From Octopus vulgaris (lineage: Eukaryota), in contig OX597823.1 in assembly GCA_951406725.2 (NCBI GenBank), positions 70,370,001-70,434,000 on the forward strand: 64,000 nucleotides of DNA. Reading direction: 5' to 3'. Shown piece after piece: positions 12,875-25,521 of the stretch (position 1 is its first letter; every line of letters starts with the position of its first letter). The position numbers and the translations under genes are program-made. The notes below the pieces were generated by a model. That model had not been told where the DNA came from. It ran no database searches and worked only from the letters and a program-made list of their open reading frames with translations.

Positions 12875-14035
12875 GTGCAGGTGTGGTTGTGTGATAAGAA
12901 GCTTGCTTCCCAACCACATGGTTCTAGGTTTAGTCCCATTGTGTGGCATCTTGGGCAAGTGTCTTCTTCTGTAGCCTCGGGCTGACCAAAGCCTTGTGAG
13001 TGGATTTGGTAGGTGGAAACTGAAAGAAGCCTATCACATATATATTTGTATATATTTAAGTACATATCCCCAACAAAGATGTCCTCAGGCAAGCAGGAAT
13101 ACCAAGCATGTTTGCACTCCTCACACAAAGACGTATGAGATAACTTGGGCATGTTAGCCGTATGAAAGATGGCAGAATCCCCAAGGACATACTCTACGGA
13201 GAGCTTGCTAGGGGTACTAGGTCTGTGGGTAGACCGCTCTTACGTTACAAGGATGTTTGCAAAAGGGACATGAAGGCTTGCAACATCAATATCAGTGGTT
13301 GGGAGGCAGTTGCCGGCAACCGTGGAGACTGGCGACGTACCGTAAGAGAGGGAATACAAAGGAGTGACAGAGAGAGAGAGGAGAGATGGAAAGAAAAGAA
13401 AAGACGTCAACAAGAAACTATGGCATTACAACCAGCCAGGAACAGTCTTCACTACATTTGCGGTACCTGCCAGAGGGAGTGTTTGTCCAGGATAGGACTA
13501 CACAGCCACAGCAGGAAATGTATTAGGACATGAAATGTAAAAGCCGGACTAGACTACTTTATGCGCAACTCCATTGTCTCCCGAGACAAAATGGATGCCA
13601 ACAACAACCAATTTAAGTGTGTGTGTCTCTGTGTCTGTGTTTGTTTCCACCGTGTCTGTGTTTGTTTCCACCGATGTTGGTGTTTTTATGTCCCCATAAC
13701 TTAACAGATTAAGTCCTAGGGTCAATTTCTTTTCTACTCGAGGCATAAGCCCTGAAATTTTGGGAGAGAGGGGCAGTCGATTAAATTGACCCTAGTACGC
13801 AACTGGTACTTAATTTATTGACCCCAAAAGGATGAAAGGCAAAGTTGACCTCGGCGGAATTTGAACTCAGAACGTAAAGACAGACAAAATACTGCTAAGC
13901 ATTTCACCCGACATGCTATTGTTTCTGCCAGCTTGCCACCATAGTCCTGGGGTCAATTTTGTTGACTAAAACCCTTTAAAATGGTGCTCCAGCGTAGCCA
14001 CAGTCAAATGATTAAAACAAGTAAAAGAATAAAAA
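12875..14035 (+). mobile_element. SINE family A split by an RTE 3' end and an antisense family B SINE (13730-13940)
   Basis: Family A head at 12875-13050, middle at 13615-13725, tail at 13945-14035. Confidence 0.75.
13065..13610 (+). mobile_element. RTE (BovB-like) LINE 3' end nested in a SINE
   Basis: MKDGRIPKDILYGEL..GRPLLRYKDVCKRDMK...CGTCQRECLSRIGLHSHSRKC (C2H2 finger), then a short UTR and (CAA)n tail. Confidence 0.88.
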
Positions 14036-14721
14036 CACTGAACAGAAATGATGAGGCTAAAACTCTGCAAAATAAATATTATTATTGCAACAACCTACCT
14101 AGAAATGCTACCGCTAGTGTGGTTATACATTATTATAGTACTTAGATGTAAACTAGATGGTCATTGGTTGTTAAATATCTCTGTCAAGGATATAATGCGA
14201 TGTAAATGGTAAAATAGGACTAGTTTAAGTGACTACCTAGTAGCATGCTTAACTACTACCCTAATGCCTGTGTGTTTACTTTCTGCAAGCATCAGCCTGC
14301 AGAAAATACCTTTTAGAAATTTGGTAGTGGTAACAGAAGTATAAGAAGTATTTACCATATTACTGTAAATGAGAGTTTTTTATGGAGTCAGTTCTTTGAC
14401 AGCAATAACTTGTGTAGGTTCTTCTAAATGTCTTCACCACTACCTCATTCTGGCTCACTGTCATCATTCTACTTTGTAATCAGATTACCTCATCAAGCTG
14501 ATATCAAATATCTCAGCAAAATCTGCAGATCAGGAAGCAGCCTTTATGAAACCAGCAGCCTGTTGGTAGCTTTTGCAAAATCATCGGGAATTCTTGCAAT
14601 TTTTCAGACTAATATTCTAGAAGATTCAATGATGGAATGAGAAAGATTGTTAAATGGGCCATGTGAAATTTTATGGAGAATAAGATCTTTCTTGTCAAAT
14701 GAGATAGAAGTGAAAACAGCA

Positions 14722-14765
<44 letters not shown>

Positions 14766-15629
14766 AGAAAGATAAAGTCTGCAAGTTGTTTGTTCCAACC
14801 CAGCTATGAAAGAAGTACTTTAAAAAGGAAATTTGCCTGTTGCTAACAAGCTAATAACATTTAAAATTAGCAACATATAACCCTCGAATGTTATCAACAC
14901 CAGATAGTCATCTTTGATGACACTAACAATACCAGCTAATAATTTTCAAAGATGAGAATTATTAGCCAGGTTTTGAAGATTAGCTAGGCCAGCTAATCCA
15001 AACAGATTAGCAATACTAGTTAATCACCAACCAAAATTCACCACATCAGCTAATAGTCTACAGAGGTAAACGACACAAACTGATTGCCTTTGAACAACAC
15101 TAGTTAATCCCCCACAAAGATCAGTTACTTAGTTACTGATGTTAATCTAGTTGACAAAAATGAGTAACAGCTTCAGAATTACAATCAATTAAAATTAGAA
15201 TTATAGTGTAGTGAGATGAAAGCATTAGCTCAATGACTAAGTTAAATAACAAAACCAGAGATGATAATAGGTTTAAAGGTGAGGAGAAGATAGAAAATAT
15301 TTATAGTGAGTTTATCTTTAAAGGATACCTGTAAGGAAGATAGTAACTGGTGCAGTTAGTTCAAACAGAAAAGTGAGGGTATTGGTAAAGCAGTAATGCA
15401 AAAACTAAGGATTTAAGACTGGTGCTAATTTCAGAGAACAGTAAATTGATCTAGTCAAGTAACTACTGAAATTTGGGAGCCAAATAGCAAAATGTAGATG
15501 CTTGAGGAGTTCAGAATTAACCTTGCTATGAAATGAAATTTTTGATATCAATGAAACTCTGGATATGCCCCCAAGTTTCATTACAATCAAGATTAAATCT
15601 TTTAAATACATCAATATATATCAGTATAG

Positions 15630-16010
15630 TTCCAGGCATGACTGCTAGCTTCCTAATCACATGGTTCCGGGTTCAGTCCCACTGCATGGTACCTTGGGCA
15701 TAGTGTCTTCTACTATAGCCTCGGGCCAACCAAAACTTTGTAAGTGGATTTGGTAAATGGAAACTGAAAGATGCCCTTTATATGTGTGTGTCTTTGTGTC
15801 TGTATCCCCCCACCACCACCACCACTGCTTGACAACTGATGTTGGTGTGTTTATATCCCCTCAACTTAGCAATTCAGCAAAAGAGACCGATAAAATAAGT
15901 AATAGGCTTACAAAGAATAAGTCCTGGGATCAATTTCTTTGACTATACAATTATCCTTTAAGGCAGTGCTCCAGCATGGTCGCAGTGAAATGGCTGAAAC
16001 AAATAAAAAA
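15630..16010 (+). mobile_element. SINE family A
   Basis: Full-length homology to the other copies. Confidence 0.82.
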
Positions 16011-16141
16011 AATAGAAGAATATGTTATTACTTCCTTACTCACTTTCTCCAATTTCCCATTCATTATTATCATCATAAGTTTATACATCAGCCTTTATCT
16101 CTCTTTTTTTGTTTTATTTTTTTCCCTTTCTACATTCCAAG

Positions 16142-16340
16142 GGCTCTGCTGTATCTGGTCCAAGGGGACTGGTTGTAGGGGACCCAATTACAAGCATCAG
16201 TGGTTGCCGTGTGACTAGCATTGATGACTGGTATACCTGTATTGCTGTAAGCATCAAAGAGGGCAATCTAGGTAACTGCATGGCTCTGAACGTTATCCAG
16301 GACCTTGATACAAGTATGGCTGGTGCTTTTATGAAGAAAA
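16142..16340 (+). CDS. MBTPS2: MBTPS2 exon D (PDZ-like luminal region)
   Basis: Polypyrimidine tract then ccaag acceptor. Translates GSAVSGPRGLVVGDPITSISGCRVTSIDDWYTCI...AFMKK. A|gtaagt donor, phase 1. Confidence 0.92.
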
Positions 16341-16604
16341 GTAAGTGTTCGTTTGTTTTATAGTTGATGTTGGTGATTTTTGCAAATTGGTCTAATTACA
16401 TGGACAATCTCAGTAAATTGAATTGTTTCATCTCGTTATATTACTCTGCCATATTTGTATTCCTGATTTATAACTATTCACTTTAATTTCCTATTGTTGT
16501 GATTGCCTGTCTATTTATGCTAATTATTTTATTTTGTTTATAATAGTAATCTGATTCACTTATATTCTCTTTTTTAAAATTTTTATCATCATTTTATCGT
16601 CAGA

Positions 16605-17008
16605 CAGTTGCCAGAGCAGCTGTCTGGCTTCCATGCCAGTGGGCACGTAAAAAGCACCATTTGAGCATGATCGTTACCAGCGTCGCCTTACTGGCACTTG
16701 TGCCGGTGTCACGTGAACAAAACATTCAAGCAAGGTCATTGCCAGTGCCGCTGGACTAACTCCTGTGCAGGTGGCACGTAAAAAAAACACCATTTCAAGT
16801 GTGGCTGTTGCCAGTACTGCCAGACTGGTCCTTGTGCTGGTGGCACGTAAAAGCACTCACTACATTCTTGGAGTGGTTGGCGTTAGGAAGGCATCCAGCA
16901 GTAGAAACTCTGCCGGATTAGAGCCTGGCACAGCCATCTGGTTCGCTAGTCCTCAGTCAAACCGTCCAACTTCTGCTAGCATGGAAAGCAGATGTTAAAT
17001 GATGATGA
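16605..17008 (+). mobile_element. RTE 3'-tail repeat with internal ~60-70-bp units
   Basis: ggtggcacgtaaaaagcacc units, ttaggaaggcatccagc core and (GAT)n tail. Confidence 0.78.
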
Positions 17009-17011
17009 TTT

Positions 17012-17167
17012 AGGCACAGGAGTGGCTGTGTTGTAAGTAGCTTGCTTACCAACTACATGGTTCTGGGTTCAGTCCCACTGTGTGGCACCTCAGGCATTCT
17101 ACTATAGACTCGGGCAAACCAAAGCCTTGTGAGTGGATTTGGTAGACAAAAATTGGAACCTCTCCCC

Positions 17168-17227
<60 letters not shown>

Positions 17228-17457
17228 TATATATATATATTATACGTATATGTTTGTGCCTCTGTGTTTGTCCCCCACCATCGCTTGACAACCAATGTTG
17301 GTGTGTTTACGTCCCTGTAACTTAGCAGTTCGGCAAAAGGGACTGATAGCATAAGTACTAGGCTTACAAAGGACTAAGTCCTGGGGTTGATTTGTTTGAC
17401 TAAAGATGGTGCTCCAGCATGACCACATTTAAATGACTGAAACAAATAAAAGAATAA
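17012..17457 (+). mobile_element. SINE family A
   Basis: ggcacaggagtggctgtg head through gaaacaaataaaaga tail. Confidence 0.85.
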
Positions 17458-18325
17458 ATCTCTCTCTTCCTTCCTCTACAATCCCATCTATTGTCTGATC
17501 CTTGTTACTTGTGTGTATACCCTGGCACTTCACCACCATCTCTCTCTCCATCTCTGTCTTGCACTTTTACTGTTTCTCACTCTCTCTTTCTTTCCTTTAT
17601 TCTTCTTTGTGGCTGGGTAGCCATGTATCTCCTCTACAACAGCACACTTGTTTCTGCCCTCATTCTTGGTCACTCTTTCCCCTTCCTTCATTTGCTTTTC
17701 CCTCTGGCTAGGTAACCAAGTATCTCCTTTACATCAGCACACCTGTTTCTGTCCTCTTTCTTGTACCTCTCTTTCCCCCCTTTCTCTCTTCTCCCTCTTT
17801 CTTTTCCTCGCCCTCTCCCTCTTCTTTCCTCCCTCGCTCCCTCTCTCTCTCTCTTCCTCACCTCCTCTTCTCTGTCTTTCTCTATCTCTCTGGCCAGGTA
17901 ACCATGTACCTCCTGTATAGCAAGACACCCGTTTCTGCCTCTCTGTTTCTCTGTCACACTCTAACCTTTCATCATCTAACACAAGATCCTCTCCTCCAAT
18001 GCCCACCCCTCTCAAAATTCCTTATTTTGCAAGTTACTTGGTGACCCTGCCAGTGCTGGTGCCATGTAAAAGACATCCAGTCCACATTGTAAAATAGTTG
18101 GCATTTGGAAGAGCATCCAGCTTTAAAAACCATGCCAAAACTGACCCTGTCTGTGCTGGTGTCATGTAAAAAGTACTAAGTCCACTTTGCAGAGTGATTG
18201 GTGTTAGGAAGGGCATCCAGCCATAAAAACCCTGCCAAAACAGACACAATATCCTGGGGTAGTCTTCTACCTGGCTGACTCTGGTCAACCATCCTACCCA
18301 TGCATGCATGGAAGATGGACATTTA

Positions 18326-18716
18326 AGGCGGCAAGCTGGCAGAATCGTTAGCACAACGGGCGAAATGCTTAGCGGTATTTCGTCTGCCGAGATCGACTTT
18401 GCCTTTCATCCTTTCGGGGTCGATAAATTAAGGACCAGTTACGCACTGGGGTTGATATAATTGACTTAATCCGCTTGTCTGTCCTTGTTTGTCCTCTCTG
18501 TGTTTAGCCCCTTGTGGGTAGTAAAGAAACAGGTATTTCGTCTGCCGCTACGTTCTAAGTTCAAATTCCGCCGAGGTTGACTTTGTCTTTCATCCTTTCA
18601 GGGTCGATAAATTAAGTACCAGTTACGCACTGGGATCAATGTAATCGACTTAATCCGTTTGTCTGTCCTTGTTTGACCCCTCTGTGTTTAGCCCCGTGTG
18701 GGTAGTAAAGAAATAG
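18326..18716 (+). mobile_element. SINE family B, tandem 1.7-mer, inserted in an RTE-tail repeat
   Basis: Body repeated at ~18375-18532 and ~18532-18716; flanked by the duplication ggaagatggacatt. Confidence 0.82.
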
Positions 18717-19002
18717 GAAGATGGACATTAAATGATGATGATATGGTTGTTATAAAATGTTTACTTCATCAGGTCTTAAGTATTTCTGTATATGTTTTTG
18801 TAGCTCTTGGATTTATGTCGTGAAGATGTTTTTGTTAGTTTTTCCGCTTCACTTTTATTTCAGTCACTAATATCTTCCCCAAAATCACTTTGATTCCCAC
18901 ATTATTTTTGCTGCTTTATATTATCAGGCTGATCGAAAATAACAGCAGCTTTCACTATCAATTTTAAAACAAATAGGCTTGGCTTATTAAAAAGAAACTG
19001 AT

Positions 19003-19078
19003 CTCTTTTCTTTCCTTCCTTCCTTCCTTCCTGCCTGCCTGCCTTCCTTACTTTCTTTCTTTCTCTCTTTCTTTCTTG

Positions 19079-19121
<43 letters not shown>

Positions 19122-19429
19122 ATTTTTCTTCCTTCCTCCCTCCCTCCCTCCCTTCCTTCCTGCCTGCCTTCCTTTCTTGCTTTATTTCTTTCTTTCTCTC
19201 TCTCTCTCTTTTCATTCTTCTTTCTTTCTTTCTTTCCCTTTTTTCTTTCTTTCTCTCTCTCTCTTTTCATTCTTCTTTCTTTCTTTCTTTCTTTCTTTCT
19301 CTCTCTCTTTCATTTTTCTTTCTTTCCATCTTTCTTTCTCTCTTTCTTTCTTTCTCACTCCCTCTTTCTTTCTTCCTTCCTTTCTTTCTTCCTCCCTCCC
19401 TCCTGCCTGCCTTCCTTCCTCCCTTTTTT

Positions 19430-19469
<40 letters not shown>

Positions 19470-19470
19470 T
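19003..19470. repeat. Polypyrimidine microsatellite (TTTC/TTCC/TC)
   Basis: About 470 bp almost purely C/T on plus. Confidence 0.95.
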
Positions 19471-19857
19471 TGTGCCGTTGCTTGGTTGAAAGCATTCTTT
19501 TGGAAGAAGTTATTAAGCTGCTTGAAAAAGCAGTCAATTAGAGGTAGGTGTGCAGAATAAGCTGAGTGAGGTGGAGTTTAGTACCCTAGTTTGTTCAATT
19601 TCCATAGAGTCATTTGCAAAACATGGTTGGCTGTTGGAGAAGAATTGATCCTTCTCAGTTCACCAATGCTAGACATGAACAGAGCAAATCTTTGTGCTTC
19701 CCCAACTCCTGGCAATTCTTCTCTGCTTCAGTGCTTTTCCTGGGTTTCAAGGAACAGTCGCGGATGATATCACTTGCCACTGATTATCAAACAGTGACCA
19801 TAATTAGCTTCTTTCAATGCAGCTTTGATATGAGAAATTGTTTTCCTGCTTGATACA

Positions 19858-20260
19858 CTCTCTTTTCACTTGTTTCAGTCATTTGACTGTGGCTGTGCTG
19901 GAGCACCGCCTTTAGTCGAGCAAATCGACCCCAGGACTTATTCTTTGTAAGCTTAGTACTTATTCTATCAGTCTTTTTTTGCTGAACTGCTAAGTTACGG
20001 GGACGTAAACACACCAGCATCAGTTGTCAAGCAATGCTAGGGGGACAAACACAGGCAAACACACACATACATACATACATACATATATATACATATATAC
20101 GACAGGCTTCTTTCAGTTTCCGTCTACCAAATCCACTCACAAGGCATTGGTTGGCCCGGGGCTATAGCAGAAGACACTTGCCCAAGATGCCACACAGTGG
20201 GACTGAACCCGGAACCATGTGGTTTGTAAGCAAGCTACTTACCATACAACCACTCCTACA
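19858..20260 (-). mobile_element. SINE family A
   Basis: Reverse-complement full copy. Confidence 0.85.
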
Positions 20261-20389
20261 CATAAATATTTTGTAAACACAGGGTTTACTTTATTGCTTC
20301 TGTTGTTTTTTCTCATTTATTTTAATCAATTTTCATTATGGTTGTTACTGTTGTCTAATAATTATAGTTTTTGTTGAATGTCCTTGCAG

Positions 20390-20493
20390 ATATGACTAAA
20401 ACATCACCATTAAATCAGCCAAAAGACTGTTGTAACCAAACCAGTAATACTCATCTTTGTTTCATGTATCATGTTAAAAGTTTACCAAAGACT
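20390..20493 (+). CDS. MBTPS2: MBTPS2 exon E (Cys-rich region)
   Basis: ttgcag acceptor. Translates (N)MTKTSPLNQPKDCCNQTSNTHLCFMYHVKSLPKT, matching the S2P CC..CF pattern. ACT|gtgagt donor; phases fit both neighbours. Confidence 0.88.
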
Positions 20494-20752
20494 GTGAGTA
20501 CCGTATTTATTCATGTATAACATGCAGAACTAATTTGGGGCAATGAAATCTTGGAGAAAACTCTTGTGCGTGTTGTGCAGTATTTTTTGCTTGGTGCTTT
20601 GCTATTATTTTACATTTCAAACTGAAACTATATATTGCGTCTCACGTTTGATCTTTGACTTCTGGCCGGAATCAGATCGCCATGTTGATTCACTAGCTTC
20701 TGCACGCATTTTTTTTCTCTCCTTGTTTCTCTCCGTGTTTCTTTTCTGTGTA

Positions 20753-20790
20753 TCTTTCTGTTGAAGAGCATAGGCTCGAAACGTAAAAGA
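20753..20790 (+). ncRNA. Variant minimal hammerhead-like motif (CUGUUGA core)
   Basis: UCUUU-CUGUUGA-a-GAGC(AUAG)GCUC-GAA-ACGU-A-AAAGA, with palindromic stem III. It deviates by A6U and one extra A. Confidence 0.55.
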
Positions 20791-20886
20791 CTTGTTTTAT
20801 TTATATTCCTGAGCGCCATACTAATACAATTGTTTGTTTGTATTCCACCTGCCTTCGTCTTTTGTTTATTTTCATAAAGCTTCCCG

Positions 20887-20937
<51 letters not shown>

Positions 20938-21260
20938 TTAGAAAAAACTACCTTTTATCAATTCAAAATGAAGAATTAAATTGTACCATCTAGAAAATTA
21001 CATATAATAGAAATATTAAATATAAGATATAATATACTGATGATTAAGTAATGAGCAAAATAATAAATAAAACGTATATATTTTCTAGATGGTATAATTT
21101 AATTTTTCATTTTGAATTGATAAAAGGTGTTTTTTTTCTAATCTATATATATATATATATTATATTATATTTTGTGAAATTTGATTTAGTATTTCTAAAT
21201 TGAATTTTTCCCTGTAAGTTTGGAATAATATTCCCTCAAATTATTATTATTATTTATATA

Positions 21261-21320
<60 letters not shown>

Positions 21321-21920
21321 CGGGAAGATTTACGAAAATAAACAAAAGATGAAGGCAGGTGGAGTACAAACAAACAAATGTGTATATATATATATATATA
21401 TGCACGGGCATAGCTGTGTGGATAAGAAGGTCACTTTGCAACCAGGTTATTTTGGGTTCAGTCCCACTGCATGGCCCCCTGGGCAAGTATCTTCTATTAT
21501 AGCCCTGGTCTGACCTGGGAGATCATCTCTGCCCCTTCTTTATTTTATATATTGTTTCATTTATCCTCACTTATGTAATACCTTTGCATACATTTTATTG
21601 TAATAACAAATGGGCCTGGATTGTAAAAATATAGAATTATTATCTGTCTATAAATACAGTAGTACCTACTTACATTTTGTGTCACACTCCGGTCATTTTA
21701 TTCAAAAGAAGAAAGTTTTTACTTACAAAATGTTTATAATTATATAAAGTGGACTGTATTAATTCATTTAAATAAAAATGTTTTGGTCAAAAACTATCAT
21801 TTTGCTCACAAATAGATGCTACAAGATGCCATAGATATGATAATTGGGGACAGTAGGAATAAATAATACTTTTAGATTATTCAAAGAATAAGTTTCTTTC
21901 ATTAGTTATGTTCCTATACA

Positions 21921-22114
21921 CTTTTACTCTTTTACCTGTTTCAGTCATTTGACTGTGGCCATGCTGGAGCACCACCTTTAGTCAAGCAAATCAACCCCAG
22001 GACTTATTCGTTGTAAGCCTAGTACTTATTCTATCGGTCTCTTTTGCCGAACTGCTAAGTTACAGGGACGTAAACACACCAGCTTGGTTGCCAAGCGCTG
22101 CTGGGGGGACAAAT

Positions 22115-22199
<85 letters not shown>

Positions 22200-22514
22200 G
22201 AGGCGCAATGGCCCAGTGGTTAGGGCAGCGTACTCGTGGTTGTAGGAACGCGGTTTCGATTCCCAGACCGGGCGTTGTGAGTGTTTATTGAGTGAAAGCA
22301 CCTAAAGCTCCACGAGTCTCCGGCAGGAGGGGGGGGGGTGATCCCTGCTGTACTCTTTCGCTACAACTTTCTCTCACTCTTTCTTCTGTTGGCCTGCTCG
22401 CTTAGCCAGCGGGGTGGCGTCATTGAAGGCTAAAACAATGCAAAGCGCATTGTGACCAGCGATGTGTAGCAACATCTGATAGCCTGGTCAGTCACAGTGG
22501 TCACGGTGATATAT

Positions 22515-22567
<53 letters not shown>

Positions 22568-22731
22568 CAACGGGCTTCTTTCAGTTTCTGTCTACCAAAT
22601 CCACCCACAAGGCTTTGGTCGGCCCGAGGCTATAGTAGAAGACACTTGCCCAAGGTGCCACACAGTGGGACTGAACTCGGAACCATGTGATTCATAAGCA
22701 AGCTACATAACACACAGCCACTCCTACGCCT
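21921..22731 (-). mobile_element. SINE family A with a different tRNA-derived SINE (22199-22510, +) inserted in its (TA)n centre
   Basis: Family A tail at 21921-22120 and head at 22560-22731; the insert has its own A/B boxes (tggcccagtggttagg, ggtttcgattccc). Confidence 0.8.
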
Positions 22732-23423
22732 AATATATGTATATATTTATTTATGTATATATTGATTTAATTTTTTTTTAATTCAAGGTTTTATATTTCC
22801 ATATTCCTATTAAAAAGAAATCTGAGTAAACAGAATAGAGAGAGAGAAAGAGAAAGAGAGTGTGTGTTTGTATATGTAAGAGAGAGGAAGGGTGGTAAGT
22901 CCATGTAAATAATAAGAGATAATTATAGAGAGACAAGTTGGAGAATGATGGTGTTAGTTGTAGTCTTTTGTTTACATTTTTATTCTTCCTTTATAACAGC
23001 CTTATCAAGTGGATTGTTATCTATGGCAGCAATTTTTCAGGAAAAATATGTCACTTGTTGAAACGCTTAAGCTGTGAAGTTATTTTAATTTTGAGTTAAT
23101 TCTTCTTCAAAGTAATTTTTTTAACAGCTACATATAGCCAATAGATTTAGTGAAATGTTATATTGGTCACTAAAAAGGAGGGGAAGTGTGTTTTTTTCTT
23201 TCTTTCTTTCTATTTTATTTGGAGAAAATGGAACAGCCAATGTTTGAAACTTTGAATTGCAAAGAATGCTTTGGAATAAAAATGCAAAGCAAAAAATTTC
23301 AAGGGCAGTTTAGGATAATTAGCCTAAAGTATTTAATTATTCATTTTCATAAAACAGGCATAGAGATCTCAGAGTTATATTTTCCTATCATTTGCTAGTT
23401 ACAGTTTTACATACATACGTACA

Positions 23424-23810
23424 TAGGTGCAGGAGTGGCTGTGTAGTAAGTAGCTTGCTTACCAACCACATGGCTCCAGGTTCATTCCCACTGCATGGCA
23501 CCTTGGGCAAGTGTCTTCTAATATAGCCTCGGGCTGACCAAAGCCTTGTGAGTGGATTTGGTAGATGGAAACTGAAAGAAGCCCGTTGTATATATGTATG
23601 TTTGTGTGTCTGTGTTTGTCCCCCCCAACATCGCTTGACAACAGATGGTGGTGTGTTTATGTCCCTGTAACTTAGTGGTTCGCCAATAGAGACCGATAGA
23701 ATAAGTACTAGGTTTCCAAAGAATAAATCCTGGGGTTGATTTGCTCGACTAAAGGTGGTGCTCCAGCATGGCTGCAGTCAAATGACTGAAACAAGTAAAA
23801 GAGTAAAGAG
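23424..23810 (+). mobile_element. SINE family A
   Basis: Full copy. Confidence 0.85.
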
Positions 23811-24049
23811 TATACATACATACATTTATTTATTTATTTATTTCCATCATAACATCTGTCAAGTGTAAGCATAACAGGCCAGATATTCTTGTTTGGGATG
23901 GACAAAAGAAGATATGTACCATCATAGAGGCCAGCTGCTCTGCTGATGTGAATATCTCTTTGAAAATCAAGGAGAAAGAGGATAACTATGCACAAATTGC
24001 CAGCTTCTATATCCAAATTACAAGTTTACATTTCTACCAATAATAGTTT

Positions 24050-24540
24050 GCCCTTGAGTATAATACACAGGGGATCTTTAGTGGGTTTTACCTCTGAAAA
24101 ACCTAAACCTTGTGTATAATACGCACCCCTTCTCTAACTTGAGTCGTGCGTAATTAAGCAGCAGTACCTAGTCGAACAAACACTTCCGCGCATGCGTAAT
24201 ACAACAATGGTGATGTTCTTAACTGTTATATGGGAATGTAAATATGTTGGCAAATTGTTTTTGTTACATATTATTCTGTGTTCTGAATACTTTTATTTTA
24301 ATATATGTTGCTTACTGCAAGTTATAGATGATTCTTCATTACTTTCAGGCTTAGCTTAAGGTATTTTCGCACCCGACATCACAAAATGTGTCTGAATAAA
24401 AATTGCCAGACAGCAAATAGAGACTCAGACATTGCTTAGAAAATATTTTTCATTTTTAACCTCATATATAGTATGCACTAGGGATTTTGTCCTTTAAATT
24501 TTGGGAAAAAAATGCAGATTATACTTGAAGATTTATGGTA
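24050..24540 (+). mobile_element. 5'-truncated copy of the 3666-4183 MITE
   Basis: Shared internal sequence and right TIR (gcagattatacttgaagatttatggta). Confidence 0.8.
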
Positions 24541-25460
24541 TATACATAGTGAAAGTAATGGAAATTGAAACGATATAATAGTGAAAGTATTATATCACAT
24601 TACAATAGAGATGTTATTGTTCCACTTTTGACATATAATACCAAAACAGTGTAAGAGATAAGAGATTGCTTGCATTAGGCAAGAAGTTGAAAATTTTTGG
24701 GGCCCATGACACACCATCGACCCTAAGTATGGTGTGTGTAAAATTTGAATGAAATCGGGTATTTCTCAAGTTTTAGTGGTGCACACATACAGACAGACAC
24801 ACACACACACACATTCTCAGTTTTATATATATACACACTCATATAGCTAGATAGAGTGAATCCCAGCTGTTTCCCCTTAAAGCACATCTGCTTTATGTGT
24901 GTGTATGTATGCATATGTATATATGTGTGTGTGCATGTGTAGATATGTGTGTGTAAATACATAAGTACAAGGTACTTAAGTTGGATAGAATGAGAAGTAA
25001 AGTTGGTGACAGTTATATAGATTTCTGCTGCCCTGAGGTTTGTCTTTTATTTCATTTAACTGTCAAAATATCTGCTTGGTTCTGATGACCTTTAGTGTCA
25101 ACTCAAGATTACAACTTGTTTGTTATTCTTGTACTTCTCAATGCCAATGTTAGCTATAATCTAATTCAAATAAGTGAATTTAAACAATATAGTCATTTGC
25201 TCTCTTTACTTCTCATATGCTTGTTCAAGCCACACCTAATTTTCCTATAATTTTGAATCTTATTTTTTTTTAAAGAACCACTTCTCTAACAACTTTGGAT
25301 TCATCATGTTCAGTGTATGAAATCTCACCTGTTTGATATCTTAGCTGTTTAAAATTTTACCTAAAGATGGTTGATTATATGTTATGATGTAACTTATGAA
25401 TACATCAATAAAACTCTACTGAAACAGTTCCAAATTTTAAATGCCATTTGTGTTCCCTTA

Positions 25461-25517
<57 letters not shown>

Positions 25518-25521
<4 letters not shown>

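Noticed and set aside
18902-19560. K/E/R-rich and F/L/S-rich ORFs
   Set aside because: Translations of the TTTC/TTCC microsatellite.
22199-22275. tRNA gene
   Set aside because: A/B boxes are present but there is no convincing cloverleaf, and the sequence continues into a SINE body. The same applies to the other SINE heads.
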